A stretch of 64,000 nt of DNA from Macrostomum lignano (taxonomy: Eukaryota), in the NCBI GenBank assembly GCA_002269645.1, contig NIVC01000558.1:434001-498000 (forward strand), in the 5' to 3' direction. The notes below the pieces were generated by a model. It did no database searches. It was not told the DNA's origin and saw nothing but the letters and a program-made list of their open reading frames with translations. Position 1 is the first letter of the stretch; each line of letters starts with the position of its first letter. The position numbers and the translations under genes are program-made. Below are positions 12,001 through 25,350 of the stretch, in pieces.

Positions 12001-15000
12001 ATGACCGAGTGAATGTGACTGACTGACTAAATTACTTTGCGAACGATTAAGTGAATGTGTGAATGACTGAGTGAATGCGTGAATGGCCGAGTGAACCGAG
12101 TGAATATGTGAATGACTGAGTGAATGTGACTGACTGACTGAATGACTTTGTGAATGATCGAGTGACTGTGTGAATGCATAAGTGAGTAAATGTGTGAATT
12201 CAGTGAATCAACTAGTGAATAAGCTAGTGAATGCGAGAATAAGTGAATAATCAAGTCACACAGACACCCCCAGCCCGCCAGTACTCACTTCATCTGCCTG
12301 CAGCCGATGGAACTGAACGCCATCAGCTGCGGTCACTGCCGTTATACTGCCGTTGGCATCAGCGGAGCCCGCCTGCTGCTGCTGCTGAGCCTCGAACTCT
12401 TCCTCCCAGCGGGCATTGTAGTCGTCTCGCTCTTTCAGCGTCCGGCGCTTGGCCTCGGCCCAGCGACGCGCCTGCAGGCCAAGGCGGACAATGGGCGAGA
12501 CGTCGGTCTCGGAGTCCTGCTCGGGCTCTGACTGCCGGATCTTCTCCATGAAGTGGCTCCATACGCCGGCCAGCACCTGCAATAGGTCACGGCCGGGGGT
12601 CAACAAATTTTAAGGCTCAATGGGTTGCTGAGGGTCATAGGGTTAGTGAGTCATAGTATCATACAGTCATATAATTTTATGTTTAACGAGGTCATAGGGG
12701 CGATCTATAGGGTTTTATAGGGCCTTCGATCATAGAGTCACATGATAAAGTTTGTGGGTCATAGAGACAGAGAATCATAGGGTCAGTGGGTCATAGAGCC
12801 AGAGAATCGTAGGGTCAGTGGGTCATAGAGTCAGAGAATCATAGGGTCAGTGGGTCATAGGGTCAGTGGGACATAGAGACAGTGGGTCATAGAGAGAGTG
12901 AATCATAGGGTCAGTGGGTCCTAGAGCCAGAGAATCGTAGGGTCAGTGGGTCATAGAGCCAGAGAATCATAGGGTCAGTGGGTCAAAGAGCCAGAGAATC
13001 ATAGGGTCAGTGGGTCATAGAGCCAGAGTATTGTAGGGTCAGTGGGTCATAGAGTTAGAGAATCATAGGGTCAGTGGGTCATAGAGCCAGAGAATCATAG
13101 GGTCAGTGGGTCAAAGAGCCAGAGAATCATAGGGTCAGTGGGTCATAGAGCCAGAGAATCATAGGGTCAGTGGGTCATAGAGCCAGAGTATTGTAGGGTC
13201 AGTGGGTCATAGAGTTAGAGAATCATAGGGTCAGTGGGTCATAGAGCCAGAGAATCATAGGGTCAGTGGGTCAAAGAGCCAGAGAATCATAGGGTCAGTG
13301 GGTCATAGAGCCAGAGAATCATAGGGTCAGTGGGTCATAGAGCCAGAGAATCGTAGGGTCAGTGGGTCATAGAGTTAGAGAATCATAGGGTCAGTGGGTC
13401 ATAGAGCCAGAGAATCGTAGGGTCAGTGGGTCATAGAGCCAGAGAATCATAGGGTCAGTGGGTCATAGAGTTAGAGAATCATAGGGTCAGTGGGTCATAG
13501 AGCCAGAGAATCGTAGGGTCAGTGGGTCATAGAGCTAGAGAATCGTAGGGTCAGTGGGTCAAACAGCCAAAGAATCATAGGGTCAGTGGGTCAAAGAGCC
13601 AAAGAATCATAGGGTCAGTGGGTCATAGAGACAGTAAATCAAAGGGTCAGTGGGTCATAGAGCCAGAGAATCATAGGGTCAGTGGGTCAAAGAGCCAAAA
13701 AATCATAGGGTCAGTGGGTCATAGAGACAGTAAATCAAAGGGTCAGTGGGTCAAAGAGCCAGAGAATCATAGGGTCAGTGGGTCATAGAGACAGTAAATC
13801 ATAGGGTCAGTGGGTCATAGAGACAGTGAATCATAGGGTCAGTGGGTCCTAGAGCCAGAGAATCATACAGTCAGTGGGTCATAGAGCTAGAGAATCATAG
13901 GGTCAGTGGGTCAGAGAGCCAGAGAATCGTAGGGTCAGTGGGTCATAGAGCCAGAGAATCATAGGGTCAGTGGGTCATAGAGCCAGAGAATCGTAGGGTC
14001 AGTGGGTCCTAGAGCCAGAGAATCGTAGGGTCAGTGGATCATAGAGCCAGAGAATCGTAGGGTCAGTGGGTCCTAGAGCCAGAGAATCGTAGGGTCAGTG
14101 GATCATAGAGCCAGAGAATCATAGGGTCAGTGGGTCATAGAGCCAGAGAATGAATCATAAGGTCAGTGGGTCAAAGAGCCAAAGAATCATAGGGTCAGTG
14201 GGTCATAGAGACAGTAAATCATAGAGTCAATTGGATTACAAGATTAGTGGGTCATAACGTCACAGTGTCCAGTCATTGGGCTATTGATTTAAACGACTCA
14301 AACAGTCACAAACCTTTTTCCTATAATAGTTAAGCTGATTCCTGATGCTGCTCACAACCTTCTGACGGAGGCGTTTTTGCTGGTCGCTGGTCATGGCGCT
14401 GCCAGTGTCAGACTCGGCAAAATCGGCGAAAGAATTCACAACGGTGTCCAGATCCTCGTCGATGAAGCAGTCTAACTGGAACTCAAAGCCGACACCGGGC
14501 AAGATTCGCATCTGCTGCTGCAGAGTCCGGTCGTTCACCACTAGACGGAAGTCGGCCACGTGATAGAATTTGTTGGGGTCGCCGGAGTACTCCACGGGCT
14601 CGTGATCGCGACGGTCGGGCGGTGACGTGGCGACTTGCTTGGGCGGCTCCTGGCCGTGGGGGGGGGGGAAGAGATTTGAGCATCTGATTCGCATTTACGC
14701 TGACACTTACTTTATCTGACTCTTTCGCTGACTCTGATGTCTTACTTCGCGACTCTCACCCCATATCTAACAGCCAATCTATCTGACTCTCACTGCACAT
14801 CTGACAGTCAATCTATCTGACTCTCACTGCACATCTGACAGTCAATCTATCTGACTCTAACTGCACATCTGACAGTCAATCTATCTGACTCTCACTGCAC
14901 ATCTGACAGTCAATCTATTTTACTCTCGGTCTCCTTTAACTCATCTCATCTGACTCATTTCCTGACTCTTATGTTCCAGAGTTCCATTCATTCATTGTTT

Positions 15001-18000
15001 TTCTACAATACGTAATCCCTGCAATGAAAGTACTCGTATTTTTATTGCAATAATATTTAACCAATCAGTACTCACCCCAGACAAAGTAGATCCGCCATCC
15101 GTCGTTGTATCGCTCGAGTCCTGCCATTTCAAAGTCTGCGACAAGCGAACCAGCTGCACCTGAATCGGGATGGGCTTCAGGTTGAATATCTGCAGGGATA
15201 GGAGCTCCTCAACTGTAGGACGGAAATCCGGCAGCGGATGGGTGCAGGTGAAGAACACGTCCCGGATGTCATGACTCTCGATGCTGCAGAAGGATAACAG
15301 GTCGGTTGGTTAATGGCGAGTGTAAAATATCAAAAGCTACCCTGCTTTTACCACCCCCACAAGCACCCACCACCCCTACAAGCACCCACTAACCCCACAA
15401 GCACCCACCACCCCCACAAGCACCCACCACCCCCGCAAGCACCCACCACCCCCGCAAGCACCCACCACCCCCACAAGCACCACCACCCAACAGACACCCA
15501 GCACCCCTACAAGCACCCACCACCCAACAGACACCCAGCACCCCTACAAGCACCCACCACCCCAACAGACACCCAGCACCCCTACAAGCACCCACCACCC
15601 CACAAGCACCCACCACCCCCACAAGCACCCACCACCCCAACAGACACCCAGCACCCCTACAAGCACCCACCACCCCAAAAGCACCCACCACCCCACAAGC
15701 ACCCACCACCCACAAGCACCCACCACCTTCACAAGCACCCACCACCCCACAAGCACCCACCACCCCAACAGACACCCAGCACCCCCACAAGCACCCACCA
15801 CCCCAACAGACACCCAGCACCCCTACAAGCACCCACCACCCCAACAGACACCCAGCACCCCTACAAGCACCCACCACCCCCACAAGCACCCACCACCCCA
15901 ACAGACCCAGCACCCCTACAACCACCCACCACCCCAACAGACACCCAGCAGCCCTACAAGCACAACAATAACACAAGTATTCAAAGCCTCTAACCGAGTC
16001 AGCACTTTAGGCGGCGTATTGCTGGCAATCCTTTGCCAGACATCTAGAAAATTCTGGCACTCCTGATACGGTATACTATTGGTGACCATCTCTACAATGA
16101 GGATGCCAAATGCGAATATGTCAACTTTTTCGTCGTATCGTTCCTGCAGCATCTCGGGAGCCATGTAGCCCAGAGTACCCAGCATAGTCTTGCGAGTCTG
16201 GGTCTTAGCCGTGGCCAATCCGAAGTCGCCAATTTTGATGTTGTAATATTCTTCGGGGTTCTCGCCATCAGCGATGAACACGTTCTCGGGCTTGAGGTCG
16301 CGGTGGATCACTGGCGGGTTCATTCTGAGATGCGGTTTTTCAATTGGCGTTGATTGAGATTATGGGATTGGTTATTTGAGATTAAATTGATGATAGCTGA
16401 GATTGGGTATGTGACTAAAGGGTGAGATTGGGTGTGAGACTGAAGGGTGAGATTGGATATATGAGACTGAAGGGTGAGATTGGATATATGAGACTGAAGG
16501 GTGAGATTGGATATGAGACTGAAGGGTGAGATTGGATATGAGACTGAAGGGTGAGACTGGGTATGAGAATGAAGGGTAAGATTGGTTATATGAGAATGAA
16601 GGGTGAGATTGGTTATATGAGAATGAAGAGTGAGATTGGTTATATGAGAATGAAGGGTGAGATTGGTTATATGAGAATGAAGGGTGAGATTGGTTATATG
16701 AGAATGAAGGGTGAGATTGGTTATATGAGAATGAAGGGTGAGATTGGTTATATGAGAATGAAGGGTGAGATTGGTTATATGAGAATGAAGGGTGAGATTG
16801 GTTATGAGACTGAAGAGTGAGACTGGGTATGAGAATGAAGGGTAAGATTGGTTATATGAGAATGAAGGGTGAGATTGGTTATATGAGAATGAAGGGTGAG
16901 ATTGGTTATATGAGAACGAAGGGTGAGATTGGTTATATGAGAATGAAGGGTGAGATTGGATGAGACTGAAGGGTGAGATTGGATATGAGACTGAAGGGTG
17001 AGATTGGGTATGAGAGACTGAAGGGTGTGATTGGATATGAGACTGAAGGGTGAGATTGGATATGAGACTGAAGGGTGAGACTGGGTATGAGAATGAAGGG
17101 TAAGATTGGTTATATGAGAATGAAGGGTGAGATTGGTTATATGAGAATGAAGGGTGAGATTGGTTATATGAGAATGAAGGTGAGATTGGTTATATGAGAA
17201 TGAAGGGTGAGATTGGTTATGAGACTGAAGGGTGAGACTGGGTATGAGAATGAAGGGTAAGATTGGTTATATGAGACTGAAGGGTGAGATTGGATATATG
17301 AGACTGAAGGGTGAGATTGGATATGAGACTGAAGGGTGAGATTGGATATGAGACTGAAGGGTGAGATTGGGTATGAGAGACTGAAGGGTGTGATTGGGTA
17401 CGAGAATGAAGGGTAAGATTGGTTATGAGACTGAAGGGTGAGATTGGTTATTTGAGACTGGAGGGAGAGATTGGTTATTTGAGACTGGAGGGAGAGATTG
17501 GTTATTTGAGAATGAAGGGTGAGATTGGTTATGAGAGACTGAGGGCTGAGATTGGTTATTTGAGAATGAAGGGTGAGATTGGGTATATAAGACTGAAGGG
17601 TGAGAGTGGATATGAGATTGAAGGGTGAGATTGGCAATAAGTGAAAAGTAAGATTGGGACAATATTCGCAAAGCAGGAGGCAATTCCCCAGCGACTCACT
17701 TATGATGCATATGCCGCAGCCCTTCGAGAATCTGCTGCATCCAAGACTGAAACACGTTGAAGTCAACCACAGCCTCTCTTGTCTGCTCGTTATAGAACGT
17801 CTTCATCTTCTCTTTAAGAGTGCCCTCGCTCATAAACTCTGTGACAATCACTGTGGCTTTGACTTTTTCGCCTCGATCGCCATTCTCTTCCAATTCGAAA
17901 TAGAAATCGAACAGATCGTAGTAGCGGACTATGTTAGGGTGCTCGCATTTGATCATCATCTCCACCTGTGGGTTGTCGGTAATTTTTATGCTAATCACCC

Positions 18001-21000
18001 CAAACGAAAACGGTACCCAGGCTAAGAAGCGTCTCAAGAGTGGTTGCAGGCACTCGTAATGATTATAGAAGACTCTAAAACGACGATATGTGACCAAAAA
18101 GTCGTCAGAGTCGCCAAAAAGCGTCGCCAACCACCACTCGGAACAACCAGTGGGTAGCTTCTAAGCACAGGGAGAGGTGGGCTGACGCCCTCCGACTGCC
18201 GGCAATCTCGCTCGGCTGTCCCCTGTCCTTTCATGGCCCTCTCGGGTCATGGCTATTTGCCAGGCACCGTCACCTCCAGGGAAAAATCCGCAGTGAGGAA
18301 CGCCCATTCTGCCTCTCCGGTGTCGAGAATGCGGAGCACTTTATCTGTGAATGCCCTGTCTTTACCCAGGACAGGCTCACCTACCTCGGCCCAAACCCGG
18401 ACCTTTCCGACGTTTTCAGGCCCGAGAATCTCTGCCTACATAAGGGCTACTGGGCAAGCGACTAACAACCTCCTGGACTCTCCGGAGGGGGACCGCGTTG
18501 CGGACACCGGAACCACCGGAACTCCCAGCGGGCAGCAACGCCTCCTCGCTGCATCCGGATGCCCGGAGCCCCCTGCAGCTGAGTCAAGTCAAGTCGCCAA
18601 AAGAGTCAATTTGAGACATTTTATTGTCTACGACTCTGGAGCCGTTGAGTCGCTGCAAAATCACCGAGTTGCGTCTAAAGCCAACTTGCGTCACTTAATG
18701 AATTAAAATTGCATTTCGCATTATAACAACAAGTCTATTTAGTCTACTTAGAGTGAGTAGAAAGTTAAGCGCTAACACAACGACTCTTGGTTCTCTCTCC
18801 GTTGCATTAAGAGTCGTTTGAGTCGTTAAAAATTGACAAGATTCGCCCCACAGTGAGTTGTTTGCAACGAATTTTTAGCGATTCTTGTCACAGGTAACGC
18901 TTTTTCAATGGGCCAATCACTTAGGGCACAGAGTGTGCATGCCTGGCGATAAGAAATGCAGACTTGTATGTGCCCTAAGATGCTCTAAATGCCTTGCAAT
19001 TTAATATCATTATTAAAGTTGTATCAGCAGTAGCAAAGAGCAGCCTCACCTCTTTTCTAACCTGCTCCCTCTCTGCCGGTTTATCTTTCCCAACTTGAAA
19101 CTTCAACTCGCACCAAGCAATGGGCCGGCCCTGCTCTCTATCGTAGCCGCGGAACACTCGCTTATAGGCGCCTTCGCCGCACTTCAGATTATGCTTAATC
19201 CACCGACCGCACGGGCTGACGGCGATGCCTCGCTGTTTCAACTGCAGCTCAATCTGATGCCGGCGCCACAACTGCTCTTCGCGTTTTCTTTCCCGTTCTT
19301 TGGCTTTTATTTCTTTAGATTGTTTGGCTTTGCTGGCCGCGGAGGAGGATGTCACGGTGGTACTGGTTGTTGCAGGCGCTGCCGATGACTGCTTTTGCTG
19401 TTGTTGTTGCTGCTGCTGCAACTGCGGCGGCTGTTGAACATTTGCACCTGTAGATGTAGTTAAAGAACTCGATGTCGAGGCAGCGGTTGACATGGTCGCT
19501 AAAGATGCAGCCGCACTGGATGAAGTGCTCAACAGACTGTGAGAACTAGTAACTGGCAAAGCTGTATTGCTGGCATCTTCTGGCTGGCTCTGTTGTTGCG
19601 GCTGCTGCTGCTGCTGCTGTTGCGTCTGAGAATCCAAATTTGTGCCCTCTGACGCTTCAACAAGCTGCGGTTGCTTGGCAATGCCAAGACCAGACAGTGG
19701 CTCGCTGACAATGCGACGGCGCCTTCAGATTGAGAATTATCGGAGGGGGGTTTGAAAATATAGAATGCAATATACGTGAAAAAAATGTTAAGAAATGAGA
19801 GAAACGAAAAGCATTCAAATGAGAAATTACAAGCATAAGTACGAGAATGAAAAAATGAGAACCTTGATAATAATTAAAACACGAAATACGGTACTAGATA
19901 TATTTGAAACACCTACACTTATCTGTTAGATCACTTATATAAATCCGATAAATGACTTATACTCATCTAATAGATCACTTACACTAATCCGATAGATCAC
20001 TTACACTAATTTGATAGATCACTTACACTAATCCGATAGATCACTTACACTAATCCGATAGATCACGAACACCAATCTAATAGATCACTAACAGTAATCC
20101 AAAATATCACTTACACTAATCTAATAGATCACTAACAGTAATCCAAAAGATCACTTACACTAATCCGATAGATCACTTACACTCATCCGATAGATCACCA
20201 ACACCAATCTAATAGATTACTTACACTAATCCGATAGATCACTTACACTTATCTAATAGATTACGTACACTAATCCAATAGATTACTTACACTAATCCGA
20301 TAGATCACTTACACTTATCCGATAGATCACTTACACTTATCTAAAAGATCACTTACACTCATCCGATAGATCACCAACACCAATCCAATAGATTACTTAC
20401 ACTAATCCGATAGATCACTTACACTAATCTGATAGATCACTTACACTAATCTAATAGATTACTAACACTCATCCAAAAGATCACTTTCACTAATTTGATA
20501 GATCACTAAGAGTAATCCGATAGATTACTTACACTAATCCAATAGATCACTTACACTAATCCGATAGATTACTTACACTAATCCAATAGATCACTTACAC
20601 TAATCCGATAGATTACTTACACTAATCCAATAGATCACTTACACTAATCCAATAGATTACTTACACTAATCCAATAGATCACTTACACAAATCCGATAGA
20701 TTACTTACACTAATCCAATAGATCACTTACACTAATCCAATAGATTACTTACACTAATCCAATAGATCACTTACACAAATCCAATAGATTACTTACACTA
20801 ATCCAATAGATTACTTGCACAAATCCAACACAGGAGTAACTTTCAGTAGCAAAACAGATAGGCTACGAATCCAAATGATTCAATATTCAGGCTACTTAGG
20901 GCACAAGAAAACTGCAAGTATTCAACTCTCAGCATTTTTATTCTTTCCCTCAGTCTAACTATTTTCCAGCGAACACCCAGCCTTGGACCCAATCCGAACG

Positions 21001-24000
21001 GTTGGTAGCTGCTGCTGCTGCTGCTGCGAGTGAATGAAAACAGATGAATTTGAAGAGAGACAGGGTGGTTAGCGAACACCTCCCCAAAACCATAACGTCG
21101 GTGAAATGTACGGATTAGCAGGCCAACTACATATAAATATTAGCGCAGCAACAAAGGCAGTATAGGCTGCGAAAGTGGCTAGAAAATCATCACCATCACC
21201 ACCCGTTTGTCGCACCACAGCCTCTCCTTCTCTCTAAGAATTTACCACTTATTATAAATGTATCGAACAATATATTACTAGATAAATAGCAACAAATAAA
21301 AAGTGCATTACAGAAGAGAAGAGGGGTGAGAGGGAGTGGGTAGGGGGAGAAAGAGAGAGGGATAGAAGGAAGACAGGGAGAGGATAGGAGGAGTAAGATG
21401 GGGAGGGAGGGAGAGTAGATGGGAGATGGAGAGGGTAAGAGGGATAGAGGGTGGGGGATGGAGGGTGATAGGGAGAGGGATAGAGGGTGGGGGATGAAGG
21501 GTGATAGGGAGGGGGATAGAGGGTGGGGGATGGAGGGTGATAGGGAGAGGGATAGAGGGTGGGGATGAAGGGTGATAGGGAGGGGATAGAGGGTGGGGAT
21601 GGAGGGTGATAGGGAGGGGATAGAGGGTGGGGGATGGAGGGTGATAGGGAGAGGGATAGAGGGTGGGGGATGGAGGGTGATAGGGAGAGGGATAGAGGGT
21701 GGGGGATGAAGGGTGATAGGGAGGGGGATAGAGGGTGGGGATGGAGGGTGATAGGGAGAGGGATAGAGGGTGGGGGATGGAGGGTGATAGGGAGAGGGAT
21801 AGAGGGTGGGGATGGAGGGTGATAGGGAGAGGGATAGAGGGTGGGGGATGTAGGGTGATAGGGAGGGGGATAGAGGGTGGGGGATGGAGGGTGATAGGGA
21901 GAGGGATAGAGGGTGGGGATGGAGGGTGATAGGGAGAGGGATAGAGGGTGGGGGATGGAGGGTGATAGGGAGAGGGATAGAGGGTGGGGGATATAGGGAG
22001 AAAGGAAGAGGGATAGAGGGTGGGGGATATAGGGAGAAAGGAAGAGGGATAGAGGGTGGGGGATATAGGGAGAAAGGAAGAGGGATAGAGGGTGGGGGAT
22101 GTAGGGAGAAAGGGTGGGGGATGTAGGGAGAAAGGGAGAGGGATAGAGGGTGGGGGATGGAGGATGAGAGAGAGAGGGATAGAGGGTGGGGGATGTAGGG
22201 AGAAAGGAAGAGGGATAGAGGGTGGGGGATGTAGGGAGAAAGGGAGAGGGATAGAGGGTGGGAGATGTAGGGAGAAAGGGAGATGGAGGGGGAGCGATGG
22301 GGAGGGCAGAGGAGGGGAGAGAGGCGGGCAGAAGGAAATGTAAATTCAGTAATTTTTTAAATCACCTTCCAAAGCGAAATACATCGAGGAAAATCTGCAT
22401 ATAGCAGATTGGCCAGAGCTATCTCAGGACACTCATTGATAAATAAATAAATTCTATTCACTGTATAGAACTGTAAAACACAGCTAACAACTGTTTGTTT
22501 TGATCCTACTGGGACTCAACAGTAAGTAAATTTCAGACTTGGCACTTTTACGGCAGAAACACAAAGAAAGAAGATACACAAACACAAACACACATTAATA
22601 TTCGGACTTTGCACGCGAAAATTGACATTTCTTCGAAAACTGATTGCGTAATTTAAATCATGACTGTTTAAATTCCTGACGCAAATTTAAGCGTATATAA
22701 ATTTGGCAAATTAGGTTGGTAAAAAGATTAGCTAACTATCTGATACAATAGGGATAGAGTTACGATAGTAAGATAGTGAAATATAAACCGTCATTAAAGA
22801 ATTTTAATTAGCAGTACTACTTACCAAGCAGTAGAAAAACTGGAAAAAAACAGATTCAGAAAGATGTTTTAATAATAAACAAAAGATACAGCAGTTGCCA
22901 GCACTACTTTAGATAGAAAGTAGTATGTAATTGCATTAGAGATGGCCAGCTTTAATAAGCAAGATAAATGAAGAAAATTTTAGTATTTAATTTTTAAGTA
23001 AAATAGTTGCGAGTAAAAAGTCTTTAACTCACTAATTCACTCTCAATTGTTTATTTTCACTTTATTTTTGCCCTATGTCACTCTTTACTGTCTAATGTCA
23101 CTCTTTACTGTCTAATGTCACTCTTTACTGTCTAATGTCACTCTTTACTGTCTAATGTCACTCTTTACTGTTTAATGTCACTATTTACTGTCTAATGTCA
23201 TTCTTTACTGTCTAATGTCACTCTTTAATGTCTAATGTCACTCTTTACTGTCTAATGTCACTCTTTACTGTCTAATGTCACTCTTTACTGTCTAATGTCA
23301 CTCTTTACTGTCTAATGTCACTCTTTACTGTCTAATGTCACTCTTTACTGTCTAATGTCACTCTTTACTGTCCAATGTCACTCTTTACTGTCCAATGTCA
23401 CTCTTTACTGTCTAATGTCACTCTTTACTGTCTAATGTCACTCTTTACTGTCTAATGTCACTCTTTACTGTCTAATGTCACTCTTTACTGTCCAATTTCT
23501 CTCTTTACTGTCCAATTTCACTATTTACTGTCCAATACACTATTTACTGTCCAATACACTCTTTACTGTCTAATGTCACTCTTTACTGTCTAATGTCACT
23601 CTTTACTGTCAAAAATTTATTTTTCAATATTATGATTTTTACTACTAATGTTAGTTCTTATAGTAAACCTAGAATTAAAGAATGAATATCTCTCTTAACG
23701 ATTACTCACTCAGAAACCTGCACGCCAGTTGTTCCATCCGAGACGTCGGTAGCTCCTGACTCGCTCACCGAATGCGGCGACGACGAAAGCACAGTCTCCC
23801 AAATAGTGACCTTCTTGCGTGCCCGGCCCCCGAACCCGCCGCCGCCAACTCTCAGCAGAGAGCTCTTTAGCGGCTGCTGTCGGGCTGCCGAGCTGCTGGA
23901 GCCGACAGAATGCGGAGCCGGCGTGGCATCAGATGGGCCGCCGCCGCTAATAGCCGATGTGCTAGCGGTGTCGATTCGCAGCAGGCCAGTAGAATTTGAT

Positions 24001-24137
24001 CGAGACTCTGGCGAGCTGATTGAACGATTCTGTTGAAATAATTGCTGCTGATGCTGACTAGAGGAATTACTTGTGTTACTGCTGTTGTTAGCAACGTGAC
24101 CGTCGCCGCCTTCGCCGTTGCCTTCCGTGGTAGACAT
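9098..24137 (-). CDS. WNK: WNK-family Ser/Thr kinase (divergent). Exons: 24137-23710, 19722-19050, 17965-17700, 16324-15995, 15283-15076, 14683-14314, 12576-12289, 11756-11018, 9372-9098
   Basis: [11 protein letters not shown] (Lys in subdomain I) with IAWCEL (Cys at the usual beta3 Lys position), [31 protein letters not shown]. Post-kinase FRLVVND...FEFQLD domain and C-terminal RFAV (RFxV) motif. GT-AG sites are phase-compatible except for one +1 shift in an 11-G run at 14658-14668. The exon 1/2 junction and the 3' end are less certain. Confidence 0.85.
9438..9606 (-). mobile_element. SINE copy A (internally deleted) in WNK intron 8
   Basis: Shares GACAGCTCAGCCGCAGCTATTGCGCGGCGCATCTGAAGGCTGCGTACGGCTGTTCA with four other copies; remnant of the B-box GGTTCGATT. 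Confidence 0.8.
10335..10865. repeat. 17-bp polypurine minisatellite (GAGGGAGATGGAGGAGA), WNK intron 8
   Basis: About 30 units; the 17-aa ORF periodicity equals 3x17 nt. Confidence 0.95.
11780..12255. repeat. Degenerate GAGTGAAT/GACT low-complexity repeat, WNK intron 7
   Basis: Direct reading. Confidence 0.7.
12760..14260. repeat. 32-bp minisatellite (ATAGGGTCAGTGGGTCATAGAGCCAGAGAATC), WNK intron 6
   Basis: About 45 units visible. Confidence 0.95.
14775..14925. repeat. 34-bp tandem repeat (ATCTATCTGACTCTCACTGCACATCTGACAGTCA), WNK intron 5
   Basis: About 4 units visible. Confidence 0.85.
15350..15965. repeat. C/A-rich composite minisatellite (CACAAGCACCCACCACCCC core), WNK intron 4
   Basis: Direct reading; source of the spurious His/Pro-rich ORF 15313..15993. 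Confidence 0.85.
16400..17640. repeat. 27-bp minisatellite (GAGAATGAAGGGTGAGATTGGTTATAT and variants), WNK intron 3
   Basis: Direct reading; 9-aa ORF periodicity MRMKGEIGY. Confidence 0.95.
18131..18592 (+). mobile_element. 5'-truncated, degraded non-LTR retrotransposon (LINE) 3' fragment in WNK intron 2
   Basis: With one frameshift reads [48 protein letters not shown], resembling the C-terminal Cys/His motif of I/R1/Loa-type ORF2 (first Cys mutated to Arg). Ends in an (AGTCA)n tail and is flanked by GTCGCCAA at 18123-18130 and 18593-18600. Confidence 0.6.
19915..20825. repeat. 22-bp minisatellite (GATCACTTACACTAATCCGATA), WNK intron 1
   Basis: About 40 units visible. Confidence 0.95.
21320..22330. 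repeat. ~35-36-bp G-rich polypurine minisatellite (GGGATAGAGGGTGGGGGATGGAGGGTGATAGGGAGA), WNK intron 1
   Basis: Direct reading; dense GGG runs. Confidence 0.9.
23075..23612. repeat. 20-bp minisatellite (ATGTCACTCTTTACTGTCTA), WNK intron 1
   Basis: About 26 highly homogeneous units. Confidence 0.95.
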
Positions 24138-24259
24138 GGTCTTTTTGCCTAACTAAATAGGCGCTAAGACACTGTAGATTGTGGTTATGGTATGCATATA
24201 TTAATAGACTCTACTTAGTTAAGTAGTCTGATTAGTATATTCTTTTCAAATGTCCTATG

Positions 24260-25350
24260 TTTGTGGTGGAGGGTGTTATCGACTGTCTGCTGACCACTTA
24301 GCTTTAATTTATCCCTGACGTGTTTGGTGTGGTGGGTGCTATCGACTGGCTGCTTGCTGACCCAATTAACTCCAATTTATCGCTGGCGTGTTTGGGGTGG
24401 TGGGTGCTATCGACTGGCTGCTTGCTGACTCTTAACTCCAATTTATCGCTGGCGTGTTTGGGGTGGTGGGTGCTATTGACTGTTTGCTGACTATTTAGCT
24501 CCAATTTATCGCTGGCGTGTTTGGGGTGGTGGGTGCTATTGACTGGCTGCTTGCTGACCCTTAACTCCAATTTATCGCTGGCGTGCTTGGGGTGGTGGGT
24601 GCTATCGACTAGCTGCTGACCCAATTAACTCCAATTTATCGCTGGCGTGTTTGGGGTGGTGGGTGCTATTGACTCGCTGCTTGCTGACCTTTAACTCCAA
24701 TTTATCGCTGGCGTGTTTAGGGTGGTGGGTGCTATCGACTAGCTGCTGATCCTTCAACTCGCACTTATCGCGGGCGTGTTTGGGGTGGTGGGTGCTATTG
24801 ACTGGCTGCTTGCTGACCCTTAACTCCAATTTATCGCTGGCGTGTTTTGGGTGGTGGGTGCTATCGACTGGCTGCTTGCTGACTCTTAAATCCAATTTAT
24901 CGCTGGCGTGTTTGGGGTGGTGGGTGCTATTGACTGGCTGCTTGCTGACCCATAACTCCAATTTATCGCTGGCGTGTTTGGGGTGGTGGGTGCTTTCGAC
25001 TGGCTGCTTGCTGACCCAATTAACTCCAATTTATCGCTGGCGTGTTTGGGGTGGTGGGTGCTATCGACTGGCTGCTTGCTGACTCTTAACTCCAATTTAT
25101 CGCTGGCGTGCTTGGGGTGGTGGGTGCTATTGACTGGCTGCTAACCATTTAGCTCCAATTTACCGCTGGCGTGTTTGGGGTGGTGGGTGCTATCGACTAG
25201 CTGCTGATCCTTCAACTCGCACTTATCGCGGGCGTGTTTGGGGTGGTGGGTGCTATTGACTGGCTGCTAACCATTTAGCTCCAATTTATCGCTGGCGTGT
25301 TTGGGGTGGTGGGTGCTATCGACTGGCTGCTGACCCTTTAAAGCGTGTTT
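24260..25350. repeat. ~66-bp minisatellite (TTTATCGCTGGCGTGTTTGGGGTGGTGGGTGCTATCGACTGG...) immediately upstream of the WNK ATG
   Basis: About 17 units; 22-aa ORF periodicity. Confidence 0.9.
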
